Counted from the stretch's first letter, positions 55,623 through 64,000 are shown. The stretch is 64,000 nt of DNA from Nocardioides sp. (GCF_014360585.1 NZ_JACIXG010000012.1:3196-67195); one strand, 5' to 3'. The notes: generated from the sequence alone by a model not told the origin. Made by a program: numbers and translations.

Positions 55623-56354
55623 TCACCACTGGGGCTCGTCGCTGAACCCGCCGTAGTCGTCGAGATCTTCGTCGTCGCGCCGGTACTCCTCGCCGGCGCC
55701 GTTGCGCTGGTCGAGCTTGTCCTCCTTCTCGTCCTCCTTCTGCGGCTGCTCGGGCTGCTCGTCCTGTTCGTTGGGCCTGATCGGGATCTTCGGGACCAGC
55801 TTCTCCTTCAGGCGCTCCTCCACGGACACGCCCTGCTGGGACTGCTCGGGACCCTGGCCTGCGTCGGTCGGGCAGTCGCCCTCCCGCAGCGTCGTCAGCG
55901 CCGCCTCGTAGGCGGCCTTCGCCCCGGGCTGGTCGCCGGTGTCCCGGGCGCGGTCGCCGATCGCCTCCTGGGTCAGCGACATGTTGATACGGACGGTGCA
56001 CTCGTGGTCCTCGGGCACCCGCTCCAGCGCGTCGCCGTAGTAGGCGATCGCGCGGGCGTTCTCGCCGAGCAGGAAGGCCGCGTTGCCGGCGTCGAAGTGG
56101 GCGATCCACGGCTGCAGGAAGTTGAGGTCGCGGTTGGCCGAGTAGTGCTCCATCGCGGTCGCGGCGTCACGCGCGTCCCAGGCGTCGCGACCGCCTCGGT
56201 CGTGGTGGCCCATCAGCATCACCTTCGCCAGGAAGGCGAGCCCGAGCACCACGGGCAGGATCCCGGCCAGGAGAAGCGCGCGCCGCACCTGCTCGCGAGG
56301 GGTGCGCAGCGGTGGCCGCGCGGCCGAGTCGACCGGTGTCTCAGTGAGGGTCAC
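55623..56354 (-). CDS. TPR-like membrane protein with acidic tail (BatC/BatD position of a Bat-like operon)
   Basis: One TM, TPR-like AIAYYGDALERVP..., Asp/Glu/Gln-rich C-terminus. GTGA overlap with the upstream VWA stop. Confidence 0.55.
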   Translation of the reverse strand: MTLTETPVDSAARPPLRTPREQVRRALLLAGILPVVLGLAFLAKVMLMGHHDRGGRDAWDARDAATAMEHYSANRDLNFLQPWIAHFDAGNAAFLLGENARAIAYYGDALERVPEDHECTVRINMSLTQEAIGDRARDTGDQPGAKAAYEAALTTLREGDCPTDAGQGPEQSQQGVSVEERLKEKLVPKIPIRPNEQDEQPEQPQKEDEKEDKLDQRNGAGEEYRRDDEDLDDYGGFSDEPQW

Positions 56355-57253
56355 GAAAGCACCTCCTCGGCCTCGTGTCCGCGACGACGGTGGCCCCACA
56401 GCTCCCACAGCAACAGTGCCAGCAGGGGGAAGCCGAAGATCCAGGCCCGCGAGACCTCGCCGCCGGCGGAGGTCTTCTCGGTGAGCATCTCGGAGTCCCA
56501 GGTGGAGGCCTCGGTGGCGATCTCCGCGGTCTCCTTCGTCGTCCGGTGAAGCGTCTGAAGACCCATCTGACCTGCGATCTCGCGCAGGTTCGCCAGGTCG
56601 ATCCGGGAGCGGGCGTCCTGGCCCTCGCCGTCCTTGAGATAGCCGTCCTGGGGGCGCTCGTCGTCCCAGGGCATCCGGCCGCCCTCCTCGGTGCCGTAGC
56701 CGAGCACCATGCCGCCGGCGGAGAGGTCATCGACCTCGCTGAACGACTGCTGTTCCACGCCCGTGCGGGTGTTCTCGCCGTCGGAGGCGAACACCACGAT
56801 CCGGCGCCGCTCGGGGAAGCGCTCCTGGTCGCGCTCCAGCGTCTCGACGAGCTCGTCGAGCGGAGCATCCACCATCGACCCGGACCCGTCGAAGGCCCGC
56901 TCGGCGTAGAGCCCGTCGACCCAGGCGTCGAAGGCGGTGGTGTCGTAGGTGAAGGGCATCTCGGTGCGCACGACCTCGCCCCCGAAGGTGATCGCTCCGA
57001 AGCGCACCGAGGGCAGCGCCGCCGAGAGCGCTTTGAGGTCCTTCTTGAGCTGCGTCATCCGGGTCTCCCCGCCGGGGCCGTCCTCGGCGACCATCGACCG
57101 CGTCCGGTCGACCACGACGATGACGTCGAGATCGGCCGTACGCATCTCCGCCGGTGCTGCGCCCCAGCTCGGTCGCACCAGGACGACGATGGTGAACAGG
57201 ACGATCAGCAAGCGGCGTACGAGGGTGAGGATCTGCAAGCTCCGCGCGCTCAT
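56351..57253 (-). CDS. VWA domain-containing membrane protein (BatB-like)
   Basis: MIDAS VVDRTRSM; N- and C-terminal TM segments. ATG 57253 with SD GGAGGTG. Confidence 0.82.
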   Translation of the reverse strand: MSARSLQILTLVRRLLIVLFTIVVLVRPSWGAAPAEMRTADLDVIVVVDRTRSMVAEDGPGGETRMTQLKKDLKALSAALPSVRFGAITFGGEVVRTEMPFTYDTTAFDAWVDGLYAERAFDGSGSMVDAPLDELVETLERDQERFPERRRIVVFASDGENTRTGVEQQSFSEVDDLSAGGMVLGYGTEEGGRMPWDDERPQDGYLKDGEGQDARSRIDLANLREIAGQMGLQTLHRTTKETAEIATEASTWDSEMLTEKTSAGGEVSRAWIFGFPLLALLLWELWGHRRRGHEAEEVLS

Positions 57254-57347
57254 CGGCCCACCTCCGTAGCGCAAGCGCCAGAATACGGACGCGGCCCGAT
57301 GAAAGCTTCGTTGATCGCTCGCTGACGCTCGCTCATCGGCCCACCTC
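57247..57347 (-). repeat. copy B of the about 83-nt dispersed element, inserted between the two VWA genes with a perfect 18-nt flanking duplication
   Basis: CGCTCATCGGCCCACCTC at 57247-57264 and 57330-57347. Core aligns with copies A and C. 28-codon frame from 57336 to 57250 on the minus strand, bounded by ATGA overlaps at both ends. Confidence 0.8.
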
Positions 57348-58397
57348 GCTCGGTGGCCGAGGCTGCGGGCCCGGCTGAGGCATTGGCCGGGGTCCCGGGG
57401 ACAGCCGCCCGGAACGGACCAGGGCGTAGACCCACCCGGCAGCCAGCATGAGAACGCCCACGACGATCAGGACGATCGGCCAGCCGGGAGCGTCGCGGAT
57501 CTGATACTTCGGCGGCTCGACGACCTCGTCGGCGGAGAGCCGGTCGATGCCGGCCAGGATCGAGTCGATGGAGTTGCTGTCGCCGAGCAGCGAGAAGGTG
57601 CCACCGGTGTCGGTCATCGCCTTGTCGAAGGTGGCCCGCTTGTCCTCCTGGAAGCTGAGGTCGGCGGAGCCGATGCCGTAGAGCTGGACGTCGCGTTCCC
57701 TGGCGAACTCGGTGGCCTCGGGCAGCGTGTAGACCGGCGGGCCGCCCTGCGGGTCGTTGTCCGAGGCGACGATGACCGCCCGGCCGCGCTCGGAGTTGGA
57801 CAGGTCGAAGCGCTTGACGCAGGAGACGATCCCGTCGCTGATCAGGCTCGCCCGTTCTTTGCCGAGGTAGGTGCCGGCGACGTACTCCTGGTCGCCGAGG
57901 GCGAAGGCCCGGCCGGCCCGGGCCAGCTCGTCCTGGACCCAGCCGTAGTCGTCGGTGAGCGGGAAGACCGTGACCGCGGCGTCGCTCCACAGGACCAGGC
58001 TGACCCGCTCGCCGTTGAGGCTGGAGACGAGTTCGGAGTAGGCCTGGGTGACCTGGGTGTCCTCGTCGAACATCGAGGTCGAGGCGTCCAGACAGAGCAC
58101 GATGTCGCGGGTGGAGTAGCGGTTCTGGGTGATGTCGGTGGTCTGCGGACGGGCGATCAGCCAGATGCACCCGACGACCGCGAGCACGATCCCGGCGGTC
58201 TGCCACCAGGACAGCCAGCGCTGCTGGGTCGCGAGCTCGCGGAACCGGGGGAGACGCTTGAGCCGCGCGGTGTGGGCGACGAACACCGCGTCGATCGGGC
58301 GGCGGTGCACCCGGGCGGCGAGGACGACGATCGCCGCGGCCGCGACGACCGTGATGACCAGCACGATCGCGCCGAGGACGGGCCACTTCAGGTCCAT
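57333..58397 (-). CDS. VWA domain-containing membrane protein (BatA-like)
   Basis: MIDAS LCLDASTSM; two N-terminal TM segments and one C-terminal TM segment. Confidence 0.85.
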   Translation of the reverse strand: MDLKWPVLGAIVLVITVVAAAAIVVLAARVHRRPIDAVFVAHTARLKRLPRFRELATQQRWLSWWQTAGIVLAVVGCIWLIARPQTTDITQNRYSTRDIVLCLDASTSMFDEDTQVTQAYSELVSSLNGERVSLVLWSDAAVTVFPLTDDYGWVQDELARAGRAFALGDQEYVAGTYLGKERASLISDGIVSCVKRFDLSNSERGRAVIVASDNDPQGGPPVYTLPEATEFARERDVQLYGIGSADLSFQEDKRATFDKAMTDTGGTFSLLGDSNSIDSILAGIDRLSADEVVEPPKYQIRDAPGWPIVLIVVGVLMLAAGWVYALVRSGRLSPGPRPMPQPGPQPRPPSEVGR

Positions 58398-58891
58398 GTC
58401 GTCACCACCTGACGGGCCCGGTCCAGCGCCTCGGGGAGACGCTCGGCAGCCTGGCCCTCCTCCTCGGAGGCGAATGCGGGCGGGTACATCACCTCGACCG
58501 CCATCGCCAGGGGGCGGGTGCGGGGGTCGCTGCGTACGGTCGCCTTCAGGTCGGCGAGGACCATCTTGTCCGCCGGGATCTGGCTGACCTCGGCGACGTA
58601 GTCGCGCACCGTGCGGCTCAGGTGCTGGTGGCCGACCCGAGCCGGTACGTCGCCGCGGTGCACGGCCCGCTCGATCCGGTCGATCTCGGCCAGGTGCTCG
58701 GCGCGGAGATCACGAGGCTCGGGGACCCAGGGCGTCTCGACCTCGACCACCGGCGGACGCTCGCGGGTCAGCAGGACGACCGCGAGGTAGTAGAGGGCCA
58801 CCGCGGCGAGCAGCGCGAGCGCGAGCACCAGCCACCACCCCGAGTGGGCGATGGGCTGCTGGAACTCCTCCGGGACGCTACCGGCGCGCAT
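58388..58891 (-). CDS. small membrane protein of the MoxR/DUF58/VWA operon (DUF4381-like position)
   Basis: Single TM (WWLVLALALLAAVALYYLAVVLL). Overlaps both neighbours. The ORF-track N-terminus is a GC-rich extension. Confidence 0.6.
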   Translation of the reverse strand: MRAGSVPEEFQQPIAHSGWWLVLALALLAAVALYYLAVVLLTRERPPVVEVETPWVPEPRDLRAEHLAEIDRIERAVHRGDVPARVGHQHLSRTVRDYVAEVSQIPADKMVLADLKATVRSDPRTRPLAMAVEVMYPPAFASEEEGQAAERLPEALDRARQVVTTWT

Positions 58892-59765
58892 GCCGGTGCC
58901 TCTCCAGGAGGTGGAAGACCGCGCCGATGGCGGTGGCGTCGTCCTGCACCCGCTGGTAGGCGATGCCCAGGCGGTCCAGGGTGCTGCGCAGGCCGTGCTC
59001 CTCGGCGGCGGCCAGCTCGGCGTACTGCGCCTGGAGCGCCGCGTCACCGCTGAGCCAGCCCGGCAGGGCGGAGGTGGTGTCGATGTCGACCGTCGGCGCG
59101 CCACCCGCCACGGCGGTGGTGGGGTCGAGGTCGTCGATGCCGGCGACCAGGACCTCGTGCTGGACCGTGAGTCGGCGCAGGATCGCGGCCATCTCGTCGC
59201 TGACCGAGTGCTCGTCGGTGACCACGAGCAGGATCGCGCGGCGGCGTACGTTGGTGGCGATGTGGCGCAGGACCGCGACGATGTCCGCCTCGGCGGCATC
59301 AGGACTGATCGCATCGTGGGCCTGCCCCAGGGCCCGCTCGAGCGCGACCTCGGTGTCGGCGGGCTTGGTGAGCTTCTGGGTCGCCGAGTCGCCATAGGCG
59401 ACCGCGACCTTGTCGCCGTGGCGTACGCCCAGCCAGCCGACCAGGCCGGCGGTGAAGACGGCGATGTCGCGCTTGGTCGTGGTGCCGGTCGCCTGTGCCG
59501 CCATGCTCCGGCCCGTCGAGATCGCCAGCAGCACCAGATGCTGGCGCTCGGCGGTGAACCGCTTGACCAGCAGGCTCCGCGAACGGGCCGTCGCCTTCCA
59601 GTCGATGTCCTTCACGTCGTCACCGGGGACGTACTCGCGAAGGTCGTGGAAGTCCATGCTGCGCCCGGTCTGGATGCTGGCGTACTCCCCGTCCAGCAGG
59701 CCCACCACCTTGCGGTGGGCGTGGATCATCAGCCGCGTGCGGATCCGGGGAAGGTACGTCGCCAT
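58878..59765 (-). CDS. DUF58 domain-containing protein
   Basis: GEYASIQTGRSMDFHDLREYVPGDDVKDIDWKATAR signature. Confidence 0.85.
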   Translation of the reverse strand: MATYLPRIRTRLMIHAHRKVVGLLDGEYASIQTGRSMDFHDLREYVPGDDVKDIDWKATARSRSLLVKRFTAERQHLVLLAISTGRSMAAQATGTTTKRDIAVFTAGLVGWLGVRHGDKVAVAYGDSATQKLTKPADTEVALERALGQAHDAISPDAAEADIVAVLRHIATNVRRRAILLVVTDEHSVSDEMAAILRRLTVQHEVLVAGIDDLDPTTAVAGGAPTVDIDTTSALPGWLSGDAALQAQYAELAAAEEHGLRSTLDRLGIAYQRVQDDATAIGAVFHLLERHRHARR

Positions 59766-59776
59766 GGCTGTGCCAC

Positions 59777-60823
59777 TCAGGGGCTCGGGACAGCGCGGAC
59801 CAGCGCGTCGACCAGCATCTCGGGCTGGACCTTCTCGGCCAGCGCCTCGAAGCTGAGGTGGAGCCGGTGACGCAGGATGCTGTGGCGTAGCTCGCGCACG
59901 TCCTCGGGCGTGACGTAGGAGCGGCCGAGCAGCAGCGCCGCCGCGCGCGACGCCTGCAGGAACGCGATCGACGCACGCGGGGACGCCCCGATCTCGACGT
60001 AGGAACCGGTCTCCGGCCCGAGAAGCTGGGAGGCATTGCGGGTGGCCTGGACGAGGGCGACGATGTAGCGCTTGATCGCGGGGTCGACGTAGACGCGCTT
60101 GGCCAGCTCCTGGAGCCAGATCACGTCGTCGGGGTCGGCGACCGGACGGGTCACCTCGTGGTCGGGCCCGAGCGTGCCGGCCTCGATGCGCTCCAGGACG
60201 ACGAGCTCCTCGCCGTCGCTGGGGTAGTTGACGATCTCCTTGAGCAGGAACCGGTCCATCTGCGCGTGGGGGAGGACGTAGGTGCCCTCCTCCTCGATCG
60301 GGTTCTGCGTGGCGAGCACCATGAACGGGCGCGGCAGCGGGTGGATGTGGCCCGCGATGCTCGTCTGGCGCTCCTGCATCGCCTCGAGCATGGCGCTCTG
60401 GGTCTTGGCGGAGGAGCGGTTGATCTCGTCGAGCAGCACGAAGTTGGCGTGCACCGGGCCGAGCTGGGTCTCGAACTCGTGGTTGCGCTGGTCGTAGACC
60501 TGGGTGCCGATGATGTCGCTCGGCAGCAGGTCGGGAGTGCACTGGATCCTGGAGAACTTCGCCTCGACCGTCTGCGACAGCGTCGCCGCGGCCAGCGTCT
60601 TGGCCAGCCCGGGGACGCTCTCGAGCAGGACGTGACCCTCGGAGAGGAGCGCGATCAAGAGCGCTGTCCTGAGCCGCTCCTGGCCGACCACACGACTGCT
60701 GAAGGCGGTGCTGATCCGCCCGACGATCTCCTTCGCCCTGGCGATCTCCTCCGCGGACGGCGGGGCGAGGGGCGGTGCGGTGGTGGTCAAGGCGGCTCCA
60801 GAGGCGTCGGCTGTCAGTCCCAT
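59777..60823 (-). CDS. MoxR-family AAA+ ATPase
   Basis: LLESVPGLAKT (Walker A variant typical of MoxR), VLLDEINR, LATQNPIEEEGTYVLPHAQMDRF. Confidence 0.9.
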   Translation of the reverse strand: MGLTADASGAALTTTAPPLAPPSAEEIARAKEIVGRISTAFSSRVVGQERLRTALLIALLSEGHVLLESVPGLAKTLAAATLSQTVEAKFSRIQCTPDLLPSDIIGTQVYDQRNHEFETQLGPVHANFVLLDEINRSSAKTQSAMLEAMQERQTSIAGHIHPLPRPFMVLATQNPIEEEGTYVLPHAQMDRFLLKEIVNYPSDGEELVVLERIEAGTLGPDHEVTRPVADPDDVIWLQELAKRVYVDPAIKRYIVALVQATRNASQLLGPETGSYVEIGASPRASIAFLQASRAAALLLGRSYVTPEDVRELRHSILRHRLHLSFEALAEKVQPEMLVDALVRAVPSP

Positions 60824-60882
60824 CCTTTCCTACCAGCGTACGGACCGCATCTGGGACCCCGCCTCAGAGGACCCGCAACCTC

Positions 60883-61494
60883 TCAGAAGACGTTGCGGGG
60901 ACGGAACTGGACCGAGATCCGGGGGCCTGCGGAGGAGACCTTGGGGATGGCGTGCTCCCAGGTGCGCTGGCAGGAGCCGCCCATGACGACGAGGTCGCCG
61001 TGGCCCATCTGGATGCTCATGCCCTTGCCGCCGCCGGTGGGTCGCAGGGCGAGGCGGCGGGGGTCGCCGACGGAGACGATCGCGACCATCGTGTCGTTGG
61101 TGCGGCCCCGGCCGATCTTGTCGCCGTGCCAGGCGACCGAGTCGTGGCCGTCGCGGTAGTAGCAGCAGCCCGCGCTCACGAACGGCTCGCCGAGCTCGGG
61201 CAGGTAGTGGGCGGTGAGGCGGCCGCGCGCCTCCGCCAGACGTGGGTGAGGGAGAGGGTCGCCCTGCAGGTAGGTGTGCAGGAGCCGGGGCACGTCGACG
61301 ACGCGGTCGTACATCTGGCGGCGCTCCTCGCGCCACGGGACGTCGTTGACCAGAGCCGAGAAGACGTCGTCGGGATCGGGCAGCCAGCCGCGGGCGATGT
61401 CCACCCAGGCTCCGCGGCCCAGCTGGATCCGCTCGTAACTCGTCTCGGCGGTCTCGTCGTCTGTGGGGGCGAAGAGGGTTCCCTGGAAGTCCAC
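60883..61494 (-). CDS. alkB: alpha-ketoglutarate-dependent dioxygenase AlkB-like
   Basis: VAWHGDK (HxD), WEHAIP (distal His), RISVQFR (2OG-binding Arg). Confidence 0.8.
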   Translation of the reverse strand: MDFQGTLFAPTDDETAETSYERIQLGRGAWVDIARGWLPDPDDVFSALVNDVPWREERRQMYDRVVDVPRLLHTYLQGDPLPHPRLAEARGRLTAHYLPELGEPFVSAGCCYYRDGHDSVAWHGDKIGRGRTNDTMVAIVSVGDPRRLALRPTGGGKGMSIQMGHGDLVVMGGSCQRTWEHAIPKVSSAGPRISVQFRPRNVF

Positions 61495-61584
61495 CCTCGC
61501 AGCATACCTCGTGATCGAACATGTGTTCTAGTGAAGAACGGACATCCATGTTTCGTTGCAGTTGACCTGCCTCATCTCGATGCA

Positions 61585-62355
61585 ATGTCACAACTTGACA
61601 AAGTTCGGGACGTACGCGAGGCGTACACCTACGCTCGCCTCATGGTCCGGTCGGTCGAGGGTGAGCGTTCCCTCAAGCACGTCCAGATCCGGGAGTACGT
61701 CCGGGAGCTGGTCGTCGGCGAGAGCCCGGGGGCGGCGGCTCCCTCCGAGCGTGAGCTGGTCCAGAAGTTCAGCGTCGCCCGGGCCACCGTGCGACAGGCG
61801 CTCGAAGCGCTCGTCGCCGATGGTCTGCTGGTCCGGATCCCGGGTCGGGGGACCTTCGTGGCGCGTCCGCCGAGGGCGGCCAGCTCGGTGCTCGGGTTCA
61901 GCGAGGAGATGGCTCGCCGAGGGATGCAGGCATCCTCCGAGACGCTCCTGCTCGGTCGGGAGAAGGCCGGACCCACGATCGCTCGCGCGCTGGCTCTCGA
62001 GGAAGGTGCGGCGGTCGTCCACTGGCGCCGGCTGCGTCGCGGCGACGGGGTGCCGATCTGTATCGAGGACGTCTACCTCGACGAGTCGATCCTGCCCCAT
62101 CTGCTCGAACGCGCCACCCCGCCCAGTCTCTACGCCGAGCTCGCCAGCCGCCAGCTGCGGCCGTCCTGGGCCGACGACACGTTCCGCGCCGACGTGGCCA
62201 ACATCGAGGAGGCCACGCTGCTCGGCCTCTCGGTCGGCGTGCCCGTGCTGCGCAGGCGGCGGAAGTCGGTCTCGGGGGACCGCTACGTCGAGGTCTGCCG
62301 CTCGGTCTACCGGGCAGACCGCTACGCGCTGCACCTGCAGCTCGGTCCGTCCTGA
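61585..62355 (+). CDS. GntR family (HutC/UTRA subfamily) transcriptional regulator
   Basis: PSERELVQKFSVARATVRQALEALVADGLLVRIPGRGTFV wHTH, then a UTRA-like effector domain. A later Met (MVRS) is an alternative start. Confidence 0.82.
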   Translation: MSQLDKVRDVREAYTYARLMVRSVEGERSLKHVQIREYVRELVVGESPGAAAPSERELVQKFSVARATVRQALEALVADGLLVRIPGRGTFVARPPRAASSVLGFSEEMARRGMQASSETLLLGREKAGPTIARALALEEGAAVVHWRRLRRGDGVPICIEDVYLDESILPHLLERATPPSLYAELASRQLRPSWADDTFRADVANIEEATLLGLSVGVPVLRRRRKSVSGDRYVEVCRSVYRADRYALHLQLGPS

Positions 62356-62370
62356 CGCTGAGGGCTGGGC

Positions 62371-62721
62371 TCAGAGGTCGCCGAGCGGGGCGACGACGTC
62401 GCCGCTCTCCTCGCAGATCCAGATCGGGTCCGGGCCACCCAGGTCGGGTGTGATGTGCAGCGAGTGCACCGGCGACTCGGGCGGACAGATGGTGCACACC
62501 GGCCAGCGCTCGGAGACCTCGCCGTCGAAGAGCAGGTCCTGCACGTCCTGGGCGACCAGGCCGGCGACGTACGCCTTGCCCTCCGGCCACTGCTCCACCC
62601 ACCAGCCGCGCTCGGTCATCGCGTCCTCGAGGGCGGAGACGGCGGCTGCGCCGGCGAGCCCGCGGGCATCGAGGTCGTGGAGCACCCTCGCCCGAGCCTC
62701 GAACAGCACTGTCGTGTTCAT
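62371..62721 (-). CDS. hypothetical protein (116 aa)
   Basis: GC3-rich frame; contains CTIC and C-terminal WICEE motifs. No family recognised. Confidence 0.5.
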   Translation of the reverse strand: MNTTVLFEARARVLHDLDARGLAGAAAVSALEDAMTERGWWVEQWPEGKAYVAGLVAQDVQDLLFDGEVSERWPVCTICPPESPVHSLHITPDLGGPDPIWICEESGDVVAPLGDL

Positions 62722-62757
62722 CACGGACCATTCTTGCCCACCGGTCAAGGAGCCGCC

Positions 62758-63060
62758 ATGCGCGATCGTTGGCGATCGCGGACAATCCTCCCTGTGATCC
62801 TCATCGACCCGCCGAACGTCCCCAGTCGCGGCCGGATGTGGTCGCACCTGGCCAGCGACACCTCCTACGAGGAGCTGCACGCCTTCGCGAGCCGCCTGGG
62901 CATCCCCGCCCGTGGGTTCGACCGGGACCACTACGACGTCCCGGCCGAGGCGTACGACGACCTGGTCGCCGCCGGCGCCGTCGAGGTCACCTCTCGGGAC
63001 CTGGTCTCCGCGCTCCTCGCCGCCGGCCTGCGCCGCCGCAAGCCGCGCAGACTGCGCTAG
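62758..63060 (+). CDS. DUF4031 domain-containing protein
   Basis: WSHLASDTSYEELHAFASRLGIPARGFDRDHYDVP pattern; SD AAGGAG at 62747-62752. Confidence 0.75.
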   Translation: MRDRWRSRTILPVILIDPPNVPSRGRMWSHLASDTSYEELHAFASRLGIPARGFDRDHYDVPAEAYDDLVAAGAVEVTSRDLVSALLAAGLRRRKPRRLR

Positions 63061-63165
63061 CCGAGACGTCACTCCCGTCGGTCGAGACGTCGCTCCGGTC
63101 GGTCGAGACGTCGCTCCGGTCGGTCGAGACGTCGCTCCGGTCGGTCGAGACGTCACTCCGGTCGG
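63061..63165 (+). repeat. five tandem copies of a 21-bp unit (T/C)CGAGACGTC(G/A)CTCC(G/C)GTCGG
   Basis: Units at 63061, 63082, 63103, 63124 and 63145. The three middle units are identical. Located between convergent gene ends. Confidence 0.9.
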
Positions 63166-63185
63166 TTGAGGCGGCGTCGCTGTGA

Positions 63186-64000
63186 CTACTCGGCCGGCGC
63201 GGGTGCCTTCTCGCCCGGCGGGAGCGACGCCTCGGTGGGGTCGGACATCCGGCGGGTGGTGAGCCAGATGGCGGCCGCGATCAGCAGGCCGAGGCCGCCG
63301 CCGAGGATGAAGCCGCCCGGCCAGCCGATCAGGTCGATGGCGAACCCGGCCGCGGGGGCGCCGACGGCACTGCCGAGAGTGATGGCCGAGCCGTGCCAGC
63401 CCATGACCTCGCCGCGTACGGACGAGGGGACGTGGCGGGTGATCGCCTCGAGCGCCGCGGTCAGGGTCGGTGCGCAGAAGAAGCCGCTGAGCAGGAGCAG
63501 AACGGTGAAGGAGATCGGGTCCCAGGCGAACGCGGTGAGCACCGTCGTCGCGCCCAGCAGGACGAGCATCACCGATGTCGGCGGGTGGCTGTTGAGGGCG
63601 CCGTAGATGAGCGCGCCGAGCAGCGAGCCGAGTGCCCAGATGGCCATCACCAGACCGAGCAGGGGAGTCCGGTCGAAGTCGCGCATCGCGGCCACGGTGC
63701 CGAGGTCCTCGGCGATGAGGATGAGCGAGGCGGTGAAGGTGCCGGCGAGGAGCAGGGCGACGCCCGGGCTCAGCCACGACGGCGGCCTGAAGCGGCGAGC
63801 CCGTGCGCCGGTGTCGCTCGGGACCGCGTCGCTCGGGACGGTCGGATCACCGTCGGTGATCCTCGGATTGAGCAGCCACAGCAGCACGGCGGCCACGATG
63901 CCGAGCCACTGGATCATCAGCAACGCCCATGCCGTGCCGAAGTAGCTCGCGCCGAGGACGCCGAGGACCGGACCGACCATGAAGCCGAGCTCGGTCATGA
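63186..64000 (-). CDS. MFS transporter, C-terminal part (gene continues beyond window end)
   Basis: Consecutive TM helices. The frame stays open to the window edge. Confidence 0.75.
   Translation of the reverse strand, partial: MTELGFMVGPVLGVLGASYFGTAWALLMIQWLGIVAAVLLWLLNPRITDGDPTVPSDAVPSDTGARARRFRPPSWLSPGVALLLAGTFTASLILIAEDLGTVAAMRDFDRTPLLGLVMAIWALGSLLGALIYGALNSHPPTSVMLVLLGATTVLTAFAWDPISFTVLLLLSGFFCAPTLTAALEAITRHVPSSVRGEVMGWHGSAITLGSAVGAPAAGFAIDLIGWPGGFILGGGLGLLIAAAIWLTTRRMSDPTEASLPPGEKAPAPAE

Noticed and set aside
57250-57336. Treating the conserved 28-codon frame of the three-copy element as proven evidence for a functional peptide.
   Set aside because: Positions that are conserved at the amino-acid level are also identical at the nucleotide level, so there are no synonymous changes to show selection on the protein. 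Open frames of 28 codons are also easy to keep in high-GC DNA. I keep this as an observation only.
63061-63165. The 21-bp repeat array as a CRISPR array.
   Set aside because: The units are contiguous with no spacers and are too short. No cas genes are present.

Overview
This is a high-GC actinobacterial chromosomal window. The gene content and synteny look like Nocardioides or other Propionibacteriales, but that taxon is an inference. I support about 60 protein genes and one tRNA-Thr(TGT). There is no rRNA, CRISPR array, transposase or integrase.

Conserved housekeeping blocks:
- gpmA (partial)
- carD, an ispD-like gene, an inverted ispD, nirD-like, ispF, cysS, rlmB
- pdxY, a rhomboid protease, ung
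- otsA, DUF3263, LytR_C, otsB
- lon
- a SAM-I riboswitch followed by a threonine-synthase-family gene
- groEL with two CIRCE operators

Accessory content:
- Two tandem FadD17/19-like acyl-CoA synthetases with a KstR-type operator.
- A Pls/PosA-type homopoly(amino acid) synthetase. My hand-derived A-domain code is DAESIGTVVK, which is Lys-like. It is tightly coupled to an M1 metallopeptidase, with a GNAT gene downstream.
- A diglycine-terminated small protein translationally coupled to a DUF4132 (MolR-like) protein that is split by one in-frame TAG.
- A form-II (AYRGAGR) coxSLMG-like molybdenum hydroxylase cluster with mocA, coxD, coxE and xdhC maturation genes and a GAF/winged-helix regulator.
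- A Bat-like operon: MoxR, DUF58, TM protein, VWA, VWA, TPR.

The most unusual sequence-level signal is a family of small repeats that the genes do not explain:
1. An element of about 83 nt is present three times. Each copy is bracketed by its own 15-18-nt direct repeat. In two copies the repeat carries the Shine-Dalgarno sequence and start codon of the downstream gene, including the pls-like gene. All three copies keep a 28-codon frame open.
2. Homologous nested palindromes of about 60 nt flank the 5.5-kb DUF4132 segment.
3. A 21-bp GTCGAGACGTC-containing repeat forms arrays at two convergent gene ends.

All coordinates and motifs were read by hand from the sequence. No searches or computations were run.
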